Shown: positions 19,831 to 33,259 of the stretch, piece after piece
Layout of the letters: each line of letters starts with the position of its first letter
How positions within the stretch are numbered: the stretch's first letter is position 1
DNA from: the human T2T-CHM13v2.0 reference genome, Homo sapiens
Strand: one strand, 5' to 3'
NCBI RefSeq assembly: GCF_009914755.1
Contig: NC_060939.1
Length of the DNA: 64,000 nucleotides
Program-made: the position numbers and the translations under genes
Notes under the pieces: model-generated
What the model was told of the DNA's origin: nothing
Database searches by the model: none
The model's input: the letters and a program-made list of their open reading frames with translations, nothing else

Positions 19831-22800
19831 TGTTTTAAAGCACAGCCGCTTCCAAGAGGCTCTGTTGTTTGGGTCTCTAGCCCTTTGGTATGGTGAGCCA
19901 GGCATTCCTCCAGGGCCCTTGCCATGGCAGTTCAGAGCTGGTCAACAGCCTTCCTCCCTCGGGCCCTAAGTTTGGGCCCTTCCTGGCCTTGCTCTCCAAG
20001 ACTGGCTTTTTCAGCCTCTCTGAACCTGGCAAAGGAATCAGCCCTTCTCAGGAAAGCTCCTCCCCCATATCTTCCTCATACAGCTGAGACTGGTCTCCCT
20101 GCCCAGGCTCCTAGAGCCTCTGGGACTCAAGGCTTGGGGGTGCTGAGAGGAGGGTGGTCTTTCTGGACTAGGAATTCGTGGAGTCTGTTTCCTCAGCTAC
20201 AAGGCCCTGAGCTCCAGGCCCTCAGGTGAGAATCAGAAGCCCCTGCATTCCCCACATCCCTGATTGACCAGGCCAGTTTCCCAAATGCCACAACTCGTCC
20301 CCTCTGTCTCCAGAGCAGAAACCCCCGCTGCCTTCTTTCTCCTCCCAGACCCACCCAGGCAGCCAGAGGTCCAACCTCCACCCCTCCAGAACTGCCCTTT
20401 CCTCCCCACTCCCTCCCCCAGCTCCGCCAGGCTTAGCCCTCTTCCTGTCCAGGCCTTTGCACAGCACCCCTGGCCCCACACCCCATCTCCACCACCCCAG
20501 AGTTCCCATCTTGCTTGCAAATGCCACTGCGCTCTCCCTTCCTTTCCTGCCGGATGTCCCCACTGAGTCAGACTCGTCAAACTCTCCCAGCAACCATGAC
20601 GCACCCAGGCTTTGTGCCCTGGGCCTCTCTCACACACATACACGCACACACTCTCTCTCCTTCTCCCAGACGCTCTGCATCCTGCCCCATACAGTGGACT
20701 GAGTTCCACGCCAGCCTCAGGAGGCTTCAGAAGCCTCCAGAAGCCTCAAACTTCCCTTCGCCTGCCCCGCACTGTGTTGGAGCTGGGAGGCCCGCAGAGC
20801 ACTTGCTGGGGAGGGAGACCTAATGCTCTCCAGCCTCTTCAGAACTCAGGCCCGGACCAGGTCTGGGGAGGAGATGTGTAGATGGGGTAAGGAAGCTACA
20901 GGGATAAGGCAAGGCTGTGTACCCCCCTCCCCCATTCCCAGACAAGGTGGGGGCAAGAGAGTAGCAGGGGGGTAAAGGCATGGGCACAGGCTTATCGCCT
21001 GTGGGATGGCCACACAGCTCTTCTGGAAGGGCCTGCAGGAACACACTCCCCTCACCTAGGGCAAAGGCCTTCTGGTCTGTCAGGCTAGAGGGGTATGTGC
21101 CCAAGACAAACCAACCATCATACGGGGGGTACCAGCAGCTGCTGACTGTGTGTTTCCCAGTGTTATTCACACATGACGTCACACCTCTGAGCAGCCCCCA
21201 CAGTCTCCCACTTTCCCCAGAGTCTGTGGTTGGCCTGTCTGCTCTCCATTGGACAGAGGCTCTCTGAGGGCAGGAATGACCTGCCAAGTGCCTCTGGATC
21301 CCCAGTGTCTGGCACGGTGCCCCTGCATACTAAAGAACCTCCATCAGCACTTCCAGAATGAAGACATGCGTGAATTGTGCTTGCCATCCTGTGCATAGCT
21401 GTGGGTATCCTATGCATAGGCTGGGACTGCCTTTCTGTCCACCTAGAATGTACGCAGCCCTGAGGGAGCCGGTGGGTGGTAAAGGTGCCCTAAGAGTAGC
21501 CCCACCCCACCCCGGGGAGAAGCCCACAGGAAGCAGGGGAGATGGAGAAGGACCAGCTTGCCATCCCCATGAGACTGGGTGTCTGTTTCTCTGTGTCGCC
21601 ACTAAGGGGCAGCAGAGCGACAACAGCCTGTTTTTGGGTGCGGGAGGCGGTTCCCTTTCTCTGTTGTTCCACAGGGCCTCCCCCAAGTCCCTGTAACCTC
21701 CACCTCCCAACTCCATCAGACTAGAGAAGCCATCTAGTTGTAGAAGACTTATTTTATTGATGAGGAAGCTGAAGCCCAAAGAGGTGGCGCCCTCTGCCCA
21801 GGTGGCACAGCCTGTCTGTGATGCCGCTGAGGCCACACACCCGGGAGCTGCCTCCTGCCCAGGGCGCCTTCACCGGCTGCCCCGCCAATGCCGTTCTGCT
21901 GATCCTTCCCTCTGTGCCCTCCCTCTCTCCACCCGGGGTTGGGCCGGGTGTCCCAGCACCTCGGGCACAGGCTCTTCCCTGTGGTCCCCCACCCTCCCAG
22001 GCCACCCGCTGGCTCAGGGGGTACCCCCTGAGGTCCAGAAGGGAACGTATCTGGACCCTATTCGTGGTCCTCAGAGCACAGACCTGGGACCAGCCCTGAG
22101 AACGAGATGGCTGCAAGTTGGGATTCTCACTGAGGAGAAAGAGGGAAGGGGCTGCAGGGGAGGAAAGACCCTCCGAACCACACGTGGAGCCACCGCAACC
22201 CTGGGATCACAGCCCTGGCAGAGGCTCCACCCACGAGGGCCGCACATCTCAGACCTCATTCTGTTTCCGGAATGCTGCCCCTGAAGCTGGATCAATGAAA
22301 CATAAGCAAGCCGGCCCCTGCCCTTCCCCTCGGCTTTGTCAGAAGATGGGATGGGGGGTGGGTGGATTCCAAATGAACTTCACCCCTTACTGGCTGTGTC
22401 CCTTCTCTCTCTGGCCCTCATCTATAAAATGAGGTGTACCTGCTTCACAGAATCATCTGGAGAGGAAATAAAATAACATGGGTAACCATCCATATCTGGA
22501 ACAAAGTGTGCCCAGAGTAAGGCTCAAAACAGTTTTCTTGCCTCGGGTAACTTCCTGATGGCCACCTTCTGGATGCTACCTCCCCAGCATCCTTTGAGAG
22601 GCCCAAAGCCTGCCTCCTACCAGCCTGCTGGGGCCTGAACACATTAAGACTTCTGGGTTATGGAGACCATTTGTGATCTGGTGGGGCAGATCCTGAGGCA
22701 TTCCCTCAGCCACCTCCCTTCAGGTCTCCTGCCCAGCACACCCTCTCCAGGGAGTCCTCCCTGTCCCTCTTTGTCCCCTCTGAAGTCCCAGGCCCTGGTT

Positions 22801-24655
22801 GCCATCCCTCTCCAGCCAGGACTCGTGCTTCTGGAAGCAGTCCCTGCACTTTACCTGCCTCTGGATACCCCCAGGCCCAGTTCCAGGATCACACCCCAGT
22901 GCTCGGGAACCCTTCTTATTGGTGAAGGGCCGAGCCCTTAGAGGTCACTGGTGCCACTAGCCAGCCCTGGGTGTGTGGGTGAGTATTGAGGAAAAGAGTG
23001 AGCCAGGCTGGATTGCATGAGAGCTCAGCTATTAGGCAGGGAGACCCTCCAGATGGAAAGGGGCCAGAGAGTGGCCTAAAGCACAGCATTCCCTTCCTGC
23101 AAACCCATCCTCCCTCCCTGCCCCACCATGGCGATTCTTGTCTCAAGAAAACTCCTGTCCTGGCTCCCAGGACTTGAGGTGTGGTCAGGCCAGGCCTGGT
23201 CTTGGGTGGGAAGGACTCAAGACTGCATGAGGTGGGGCTGGAGGGACCAGCCCTAGGCAGGCTCCAGCTGCCAGGGACAAAGTCTGGGCCACGCCTTTCA
23301 AAAGAACACATAAGCCAGAGCAAGGTGGAGCCCAGGCTGAAGTCCTTTGAGGCATTGGAAGCAGAAGGAAAGCTGTACTAAGGACATACCCCTCCATTCT
23401 GCTCTCCAGGACATACCCAGGGCTGGGGCATCCTGAACCTTCCAGCGTCAGACCCAGTAATAGGAGGTGAACGCTGGCATGGACCTGAGCCCCTGAGGTC
23501 TCCCTTGTTTGTTGATGTTCTGTTCCCACGCACCAACAATGGATCTCTTCATGGTGCAAAGGGGACTCATTGTGTTTTCCCAGAAGCCCCACCTTGACCC
23601 CCAGCCCACAGCTGTCCACGAGCAGAGGCTGAATGCTGCCCTGTTGGGACTTGCCCACACTATGCCATGAACAGAGCACCTACCCTGGCCAAGGTGATGC
23701 AGGAACCACCAGGGAAAGACCTCAGAGGCACCTGCCAACACTAGGCTGCGTTGGCCTGAGGCCCAGCCAGCACAGGGCTCAGGCCCACCAGGGAGTTTTC
23801 CAGAAGGGGATGAGCTTCAAGGGGATGAGCAAGATTCAGGCAGGGGGATGGGAGGAGAGGGCATTCCATGAATGCACAGGAGATAGCAGGATCGCAGGAG
23901 GCAGGGGAGTGGCGGTGGCTTTTACCTGCAAGAGGACATTAGGTTAGGAAGGTACAGACCAGACTGGGGAGGCACTGGAAGGTAGACTGAGGAGGTGGAG
24001 TCATGCAGAGGGGCTGAAAGTTTTACAGCAGCTGCTGATGAGGCCACCCCACGGTTTAGGAAGCTGAAGCCAGAGTGGTCTTAGATGTGTCGCATAGGGC
24101 AGGGGTAGGGTCGGGGGCAGTTAGGAGGCTGTGTCCAGATACCGAAGGGAGGCATCTGGGCCAGGCAGGGCATGGGGCGTCCAGGGAAAAGGTGAGCAGG
24201 AGAGCCTTCAGGAGGACTCAGAGCCTTGGCATGGCTGGTGCGACACAGTGGAGAGGGAGCACTAAGCGCTCAGGCCTGGGGGCCCTCACAGAGTCAGGCA
24301 TGGAATGGCCTGGCCTGATGTCTCCGGGAAGGGTGCCCACTGGGCAGCAGCGGCTGGAAGGCTGGGTGGGACAGTCTCTACCCCTTCTCTAGGCTTGTCA
24401 CATGGGTCTGAGGTGGCATCTCTGGGGCAGGGAAAAGGTCCAGTGTGGCTTTGAGGCATGGAGAGAAGGGTGACTAGGAGGCTGAGGGAAGGATGAGAGC
24501 CCAGGCCACTGAGGAGAGGGCATGGGCCTCTGGAGTGGCCTTAGGTGGTGTGGCTCAGGGGCTTTCACCCAGCCTAGAGGTGGCTAGGCAGGAAAGGGCA
24601 ACCAGGGTGAGAAAGCACACTGAAATGCCGGGCCTGGACACCTGCGGGTGGGCAG

Positions 24656-24766
24656 CAGGGTGACTAATTGTCCCCATTTGCCTGGAACTGTCTCGGTTTT
24701 AGCACTGAAAGTCCTGAGTCTGGAACACACCTCAGTCCTAGGCACACCTGGATGCTCGGCACCCTG
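24656..24766. mobile_element. MER81-like hAT-Blackjack MITE
   Basis: agggtgac...caccct termini; internal ttttagcactgaaagtcc; ~111 bp. Confidence 0.65.
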
Positions 24767-26671
24767 GGGGAAGAGGGGGCTGCGGGAGGCTGGGGCAGGG
24801 AGGGGGCCTCTTGGGGGCCTGTCAGTGGAATGCTCTGAGGGACCAGAGGCCAAAGGTGCGAGGGAAGTGTCCCGCAGGCAGGTCCCCAGGGCTGGGCAAG
24901 GGAGCCTCTGATGAGGCATAGAGGTCACCACTGATATTCATACTGATAACAGTAACACCCTGCACTCCAAGGTCTAACACTGCCAGAGCCTCACACAGAT
25001 GATGCCATTGGATCTCTTTAAGCTCTGCAACCTGTGAATTAGCCAGGGCAGGTGCTATTAGCTTCTTTTTGGAGATGAAGGTCAGAGACCTGCCCAGGAG
25101 TCTCTAGGGTGGGGCCCTCCCAACTGCCTCTGAATCACTGTGGCTGGTGGCCCATCCCTGCAGCACTCTCTCCAGCGCGTACCTTTGGCCTCATACTGTG
25201 GAAAACCTGTCTGCCCAAGTGGCGCCTGGCTGTCCCACCTCCCTCCCCACCCTGCAGGGCAGCCCGGGAGGCAGGGGGGCCTTCCTGGTTCTGCTGACAG
25301 GCATTGGGGGTTCCAGAGAGGGCCTTCACTTTGTGTCCTCAACCTCCCAGGGCCCCCTCATGGCCTCCACTACCCCAGGAGATGCCCTTCAGCCTCCCTC
25401 CCTGATCTCCCGTCTCCTCTTCCAGATCCCAGCCCCTCACCCCAGAAGTATCTCCTCCTGCTCCACAGAGCTCCCTTCTCCATTCTGTGGCTTTCTAGCA
25501 GGGAAGTGCCGCCACACTCAGCCAGGCAATATGCCCAAGCACGTGGTGAGCAGTTATCATCTGTAAGGCACAGTGCCTGCTGAGGGGTGGTGGGGCCACA
25601 CACATGGAGCAGGCCCTGCTTGCCCTCAAAATCTTAAGACTGGGTAGGAGAAGAGTCCATGAACACATACACCCTGCTATAGATCGTCTCCCATGTGCCA
25701 CCACACCGTGGGTGCCCTCCTCACTTCTCACAGGCCTCTGGGCCCACTCGGGGTTCAGAGGCTGCCCTGTCTTCTCAGTCCACCCCATCAAGGCAGGGCC
25801 TACTGCCACCACCCAAGGCCTCACTACTCTGCCTGACTGCTGCTGTAGTGGGTTCTGTGATTGGCACCCACTGGAGCTCAGACCTTGATTCCCGAGATGG
25901 AGAACTTAGGCCTCAAGCCTGGAACCCAGAGCACTGGGCCCCCATGCATTCCTCTCAGCCCCTGCTTTCCTCCTGGGGCTTTGTGAAGACACAGGCCTCT
26001 CTTTCAGCTTCCTGCCAAAGGCTGGGGACAGAGGTGGAGAGGTTGCGGTGTCAAGATCCCTGAAGGGTAAAAGGAAGCAGAGTAGGGCTTAGAGGGCTGG
26101 TGAGGGCGGTGAGCACAGCGAGCAGTGGATGCAGTTGGTAACATTCACACAGTTTGGGCCGGAGCCTGGCAGGCACCATACCTTTGTAAACCTCCCCTGG
26201 GACTTCTGCCCCTCCCCAGTAGGCCGCCCTGTCCTGGTTCCCCATAGACCCACAGCAAATGTGTGCAGAAGGGACCAATAGCCTCCCACCTAGTCATAAA
26301 CCAAAGTCCTTTGACCAACAATGTTAGCAAAGCAGGCTGGAATTTTTCAGAAGAGCATTCCTAAAAGGAGAGATTACCTAAGGTGAAGAAAGGGCCCGGG
26401 CTCTAGACTCAAATAGTCCCCAGTTGGGACTAACTACACACTTGGTGGGCGACCTCAAGCAGATTTCTTAATGTCTCTGAACGCTGGCAATGTTTTAATC
26501 TATAAAAGAGGGGAAGATCATAACCATTACCTCCAAGAGCTGATATGAGATAACTGATACTGTAAGAGAAACTGGCACACAAACACTTTCCTGCCCACCG
26601 TGGAGATAAAGGAGGATCACTCTTTTCCTCCTCTCCATTTTCCAAATTGTATCCTGATGGTGGTTACGTTA

Positions 26672-27124
<453 letters not shown>

Positions 27125-27714
27125 TCAGGAGCAAGGATCCAGGGAGACAGGAGAGCTGAGCAAGGGCACTGGCTCTGTCTGCAGGGGACTAAGGAAGGCC
27201 ACCATGGCTAGAGCACGCCAAGCAAGAGGTTGTGGCAGGCATCAGAGGCCACAGGGGTCAGTGGGGACCGGACCACAAGGGGCTTTCGGAGTGCAGAGCA
27301 AGCTGGCAGGCTGGGCTCCCTCCCCGCCTGCCTAGATCCATCCCAAAAGTTCCCTTTTCTGTGTCTAATTTCCATTCTCAGGCTAGCTCCCTGGGCTGGG
27401 CAGCACATCTGACAATTCAGGCCTGGGGCTTGGCGCCCAGGGCAAATATTCCACCAGGTCCTCCACTATGGTCACTATTTATTCCTCCACCTGCTGAAAG
27501 GAGGTAATCATCCTATCTATCTTGTAGGACTCATTGGGTTACTAATGTGTGTGAAGCACCGCATGCCTGGCCTGGCATTCAGTAGGAACTCTACAAATGT
27601 TCAGAGCCAGTCCCTGGTGTAAACAGCCTTGCCAGTGTTGGGGACTTCTGCCTGGATTCTGTGGCATCTCGTTACCACACCAATCTGGTAACGGCTTGTT
27701 CCCCAGCCTCCCCA

Positions 27715-27715
<1 letters not shown>

Positions 27716-27749
<34 letters not shown>
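27716..27749 (+). repeat. (CA)n microsatellite
   Basis: About 17 CA units. Confidence 0.95.
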
Positions 27750-27750
<1 letters not shown>

Positions 27751-27759
27751 CCTGCTTTC

Positions 27760-27929
27760 AACTGTCCTTTGCCCAGATAAGGATTAGCCCATCCCTCTTC
27801 ATTCCCTCGAGCCTTCTGCATCTGGCCCTCCCAGTGCACCTGTTCAATCCCAGCCCCTCCCTGACCTGTACAAATACACCTGAGGACAGACAGTGCCCCA
27901 GACTTCCTGCCCCTGCTCTGCACTCTCAG
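27760..27929 (+). promoter_or_regulatory. PHGR1: Probable PHGR1 promoter and non-coding exon 1
   Basis: HNF4-type site tgtcctttgccc (~27763-27774), GATA site AGATAAG (27775-27781), TATA-like TACAAATA (27869-27876), donor CTCAG|GTAGGG at 27929. Confidence 0.6.
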
Positions 27930-28504
27930 GTAGGGACCTGGCTCTACTTGCTGTTGGCTGGGGACAGTAGGGTCTCTGTGGAGTATGTTGTGTGTGCATG
28001 TGGTCAGGGTCTCTCTGGGTGTGTATATGCATTGAATTGGTATCCGTGCTTCCGTGTCTCTGCATGAGGGTGTGTGTCTGTCCATTTGCACTGTCCCCAC
28101 TCCTGGGCTGGGCCCCTACACTTCCACTGTCTTCTTCAGTTATGATTTATAGCCTTTGCCATGCCAGGCAGCAGGGCTTAGCTGAGAGTGGAAGAAATTG
28201 CATGAGGTCCCTTCCAGAGCTGCCAACTCCTGTCCCTCAAACACCTGGGCCTGAACTGGGGAGATACATTCTGAGGATTGTCTTTTCTCTTTCGTCTTAC
28301 CCGATCCTGACTGGCCCTGAGGTTTTCTTTACCTCTCCTCCCCGCAAAGCCCAGCCCCATAGGTCTCTTCCGGCTTTATCACTCACTAAGGGAAAGGACG
28401 AGGGAGCACGAAGGACCATGGGTATAGTTCACAGGCTGACCTCAGCTGAACACTTTGAGTACAAGTAGAGGCCAGTGAAAATGGGTAGCTCAAGAGGTGC
28501 AGGG

Positions 28505-29288
<784 letters not shown>

Positions 29289-29973
29289 TCACTGGGCCCA
29301 TTCTGGGGTTGTCCATTGTGACTTGCCAGCCCCAAGCAAGACATGGCCAGCCTTGGCACCACGTTACCTCAGCAGCTCCATCTCATGACAGCACGGCTTG
29401 TTGGTGAATGACAAGTTGGCTCAGACTCCAAGCTCCCACCCCCTTCCAATCCTGGTGGGAGGAGACAGGTACAAGCAGCTAGGACCCCATGGAAGGCTTT
29501 CCATTCACTTGAGCCCCAGGGCAAAAATCCATTCACTTGTGCCCTCAGGGGCCACCAACCCCATTCCTGTCCTAGCAAACCATCCTTCCCGTCCCTGCAC
29601 TGGGCACACTGATAGCTCCAAGCTTCCTGCTCCCATGCCATGCCAGATGTTTACACAAGACAAGAGTCTGTAGGGACAAGCATACCATGACCTGGCACAG
29701 GGCAGACACACAACATGAATAATTAGCAAATGAACGGATATTGAAATCTTCCCAAGAGGAATCGGATTAACACACAATTGTTGAGTCTAGGGGGGCAAGT
29801 GTAAGAGTATGGGGTGTAGGGGCTGGTACATGGTGCTGTTGTGTCTCCATCTACCCACCATGTAGGTGAACCCGCTGTGTCCATTTAACCCCCATGCCTG
29901 GCACCTACAGTGCCAGCTCTATATTGGGGCCAAGCTAAGCCGGAGGGAGCAGTTTTTTCCCTTTCTTCCTTTG

Positions 29974-29977
<4 letters not shown>

Positions 29978-30012
<35 letters not shown>

Positions 30013-30021
30013 CGCGCGCAT
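29978..30021 (+). repeat. (GT)n(GC)n alternating purine-pyrimidine tract
   Basis: gtgtgt...gtgcgcgcgcgcgcgcgcgca. Confidence 0.95.
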
Positions 30022-30116
30022 CCGTGGGAGGGAGAAAGGAAAGACTGCAATTTAGATTACAGTAAATTAAAAGTTACCTTTTGAACACAGGTATTCCCTG
30101 CTCTTACTCCAAAAAG

Positions 30117-33100
30117 ATGGACCCAGGTAAGCACTGTGGCTGAGAGGCTGGGAATTGGAAGAAGGGAGAGAGCAGGAGAGCGGTAAAGGCAGGGACTATC
30201 AGTCAGCCATAACTAGTGCGTGCCAAAAATGTACGTGCGTGTGTGTTTGTATGAAGGCAGTGGTAGGGGTCCACAATGAAGACAAGCCCTTACATACTGT
30301 AGAACATGTTACAGTTTAAAAAGCATGCTTACTCATCATGTTCTTAGGTGCTTCTAAGGGTAGGTGCTTCTCCCACCGCACACTCAAGGCCCAGGGGAGC
30401 TAGGGGTTATGCTCAGGGAAAGGCCATAGAGGTGCAGCTGGGTCGGAATCCAGAATCCAGTTCTTGGGAGCTGTGCCATCGGCTTCCCTCGAAATGAACA
30501 AAAGACCGTCCTAGCCTTTAAGAAGTAGCAGGTGATTCCCACACCAATGGGGCACTTCAGAACATGCAGGACCACTCAGGTGGGTGCTGCAGGAGCCCAG
30601 TGGACCCACAGCTGGGCAGCCTGGATGGCTCCCATGTGGATTTCCTGCATGAGGGCAACACGCAGCTGCTCCAGGGAGATTTCCAAGTGGGAGGAGGCAT
30701 GAGCAAAGGCCAAGAGCTGAGAACAGAAGGTCATAAACAGGAGACAACAAACAGCTCTGAGAGGCTGAGCAGAGATTGGGCCGAGATACGTGGGGCGTGA
30801 CAGGGGCAGAGGACAGATGGGGAGGTTGGCAGGGCTGCTGGCCTGGAGGTAGAAGCAAGAATCAGGTGGATGACAGGGTTGGCCACCATGGAGCACCTCC
30901 AGGCTGACAGAGTTGAGACAAGAACCCATACCTCCTAACTGGCGCCACTCCACCCAGGAGGACTCAGCCAGCCCTTGAGCACACAGGGACACACTGCTGA
31001 ACCTTATATTGACTTCCAATATGTATCTTTGCTGAGAGAATGAATGAAGGAATGATTGTCAGGCAAGTGACCATGTCTGAGAGGCCCTGTTGGGTTAGGG
31101 GTGTGGGCACAAAATCCTTAGTGCCAGGGAGAAGACAGGTTTTTTTTTACTGCAGAACCAAATGACCAAAGCTGCTTCTTTTTTTCCCTTCCTCTCCCAC
31201 AGGTCCGAAGGTAGGAAAGTTCCCCCAATGGTCTCCCCTTTTTCCTCCCACTGTCATGTCCTCCAGACCCCTAGCCTCCTTCCTAGACCCTCAGGGAGCA
31301 GCCACCACTTCCCCCAAATGAAAAGAAGGGAGCAGGCTCAGGCAGCAGCCCCGTGGAGTGGGGGTGGGGTGGGCAGCGCTGCACTCCTCCACCCCCTGCT
31401 GGCTGCAGCCTTCTTGGCGTTCTCTCCTCTGTTTTCCCATCTGTCTCTCTCCTTTCCTCACGTCCCCTCCCTGCCCTAGCAGCCCATCCTCTCTCCTGCT
31501 GCTTCCCCGCCTGTGCTATGCTTTTCTGCTTTCCTGGCTACCCCCACAGCCTTGCTGGATAGCTGGCTTGCTCCCAAACTCCAACCACACTATGGGGCCC
31601 CTAGGACCTACTCCTGCCAGAGAAAGGAGACTGCGTCTCCTCCACCTCTTCTCACCCACTGGCTACCACCAGCAGACTCAGTTCCTAGGCCTGGTCTGTG
31701 TGCCAACCCCCAAACAAAAGAGCCATAGGCAGAGAGGCAGGTGGGGTGGGAAGTGGCTGTTTCCAGGCATCACTGAGCCTGGATGGGGCAGGGGCTGCTC
31801 TACCATGGTCACAGGAAAGCGCCCAGCCCTGGAGCCTGCCTCTTCCCCACTGGTACCAAGCCCTAATCAAGCCCTAGGAGGCAGAAGGAGACTGGGGAGT
31901 TATCCAGCCCAGACAGTGGGAGCATAGCCCCGCCCTGCTCCACAGGGCCCCAGACCCCGAGTCCCCTACCACAGAAGCAAGGTGGTATCTCTTGCCTGCC
32001 CCCTGGGCTTGTGGCAAAAAGTTAAAAAAACAAAAAAAAAACAAAAAACTCCCCTGGCCTTGGGACTTCAGGAATGATTCCAGCCAAGATGGAAGGTTAA
32101 ACCACACTTTTTCCAGACCTCTTCTGACTGAGGCAGAAAAGCTTTGATTTTACTTTCTATTCTTCCTGATTTCTTGGGTCTGGCATCCGCTCAGGAACAG
32201 GTATGAGCTCGCACATACTCATGTACACAGAACCATGCACTCCATGCACGTATCTGTGTACATACCAAGCTTGAATATGAACCCACCCATGCACACGTAC
32301 ACAAACATAGCTATTTTATATAAATATGGCACACACCGTCTACACACATACACACTACCTATAAAAAGAATACATACATCCTCACCTTGCCACCTCCTAC
32401 CCTCCGTGTCTTCTCATCCTCCAACTGTCTTCCTTCTTCCCCTCCTCAGCTCTTTCATCTCCCCTGACCCAGCCTCCTGTCTCCCCCTGCCCCTGGCCTT
32501 CAAAGAGCTCTTCTGTAGCCTCCTCTAGCCTCACCCTTGCTCCTAAGTACAATGAGCCTGCAGTTCCTAGCATGGCAAAGCCTCTAATCACTCTGCAAGG
32601 GTTCCTGGGTGAGAGAAAGGAGAAGATGAAATAATTCTGCTTCTTAGTTGCAAATAAAATAAATCGAGGTACAGGGAGCGGGAGTCATATCTTGGCTCAA
32701 AGAATAGAAACCAATAAATCTAGGTTGCTTGCCTTTTATCTGCTCAGTGTTCTGGCCTCACCAAGGCAAAAGGCACGGGACATGCTACCCATGCCCCCAG
32801 CCCTCCACCGCAACTCCTTACTTGCCTAGAAATCCTGAGTCCCCCAGGGAAGTGGAGTGAGGGAGAGCTGATCTCAGGTAAGCTTAGCCCTGACCTCTGA
32901 CTCTGACATTGTTCATTTGACTTTCCACAGGGGCACTGCCACTGTGGGGGGCATGGCCATCCTCCAGGTCACTGCGGGCCACCCCCTGGCCATGGCCCAG
33001 GGCCCTGCGGGCCACCCCCCCACCATGGTCCAGGGCCCTGCGGGCCACCCCCTGGCCATGGCCCAGGGCCCTGCGGGCCACCCCCCCACCATGGTCCAGG

Positions 33101-33161
33101 GCCCTGCGGGCCTCCCCCTGGCCATGGCCCAGGTCACCCACCCCCTGGTCCACATCACTGA
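30117..33161 (+). CDS. PHGR1: Proline, histidine and glycine rich 1, 82 aa
   Basis: Coding exons 30117-30126 (ATGGACCCAG), microexon 31203-31210 (GTCCGAAG) and 32931-33161. 249 nt = MDPGPKGHCHCGGHGHPPGHCGPPPGHGPGPCGPPPHHGPGP...PGPHH*. AATAAA at 33254-33259. Confidence 0.93.
32973..33135 (+). repeat. Coding 33-bp tandem repeat (alternating CGPPPGHGPGP / CGPPPHHGPGP, 66-bp higher-order unit)
   Basis: About five near-perfect units tgcgggccaccccc(tggc/ccac)catgg(c/t)ccagggccc. Confidence 0.92.
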
Positions 33162-33253
33162 GGAAGTAGAAGAAAACAGGACACAAGATGGCAAGCCTGA
33201 GAGAATTGCCCAGCTGACCTGGAATGAGGCCTAAACCACAATCTTCTCTTCCT

Positions 33254-33259
33254 AATAAA
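33254..33259 (+). terminator. PHGR1 poly(A) signal
   Basis: AATAAA ~90 nt after the stop codon. Confidence 0.8.

Noticed and set aside
32077-32093. 16-mer ttccagccaagatgga shared with ~54558
   Set aside because: Short match containing a common YY1-type core; chance or repeat-derived.
32973-33135. Regular 33-bp repeats as a possible CRISPR-like array
   Set aside because: No unique spacers; this is a coding tandem repeat in human DNA.
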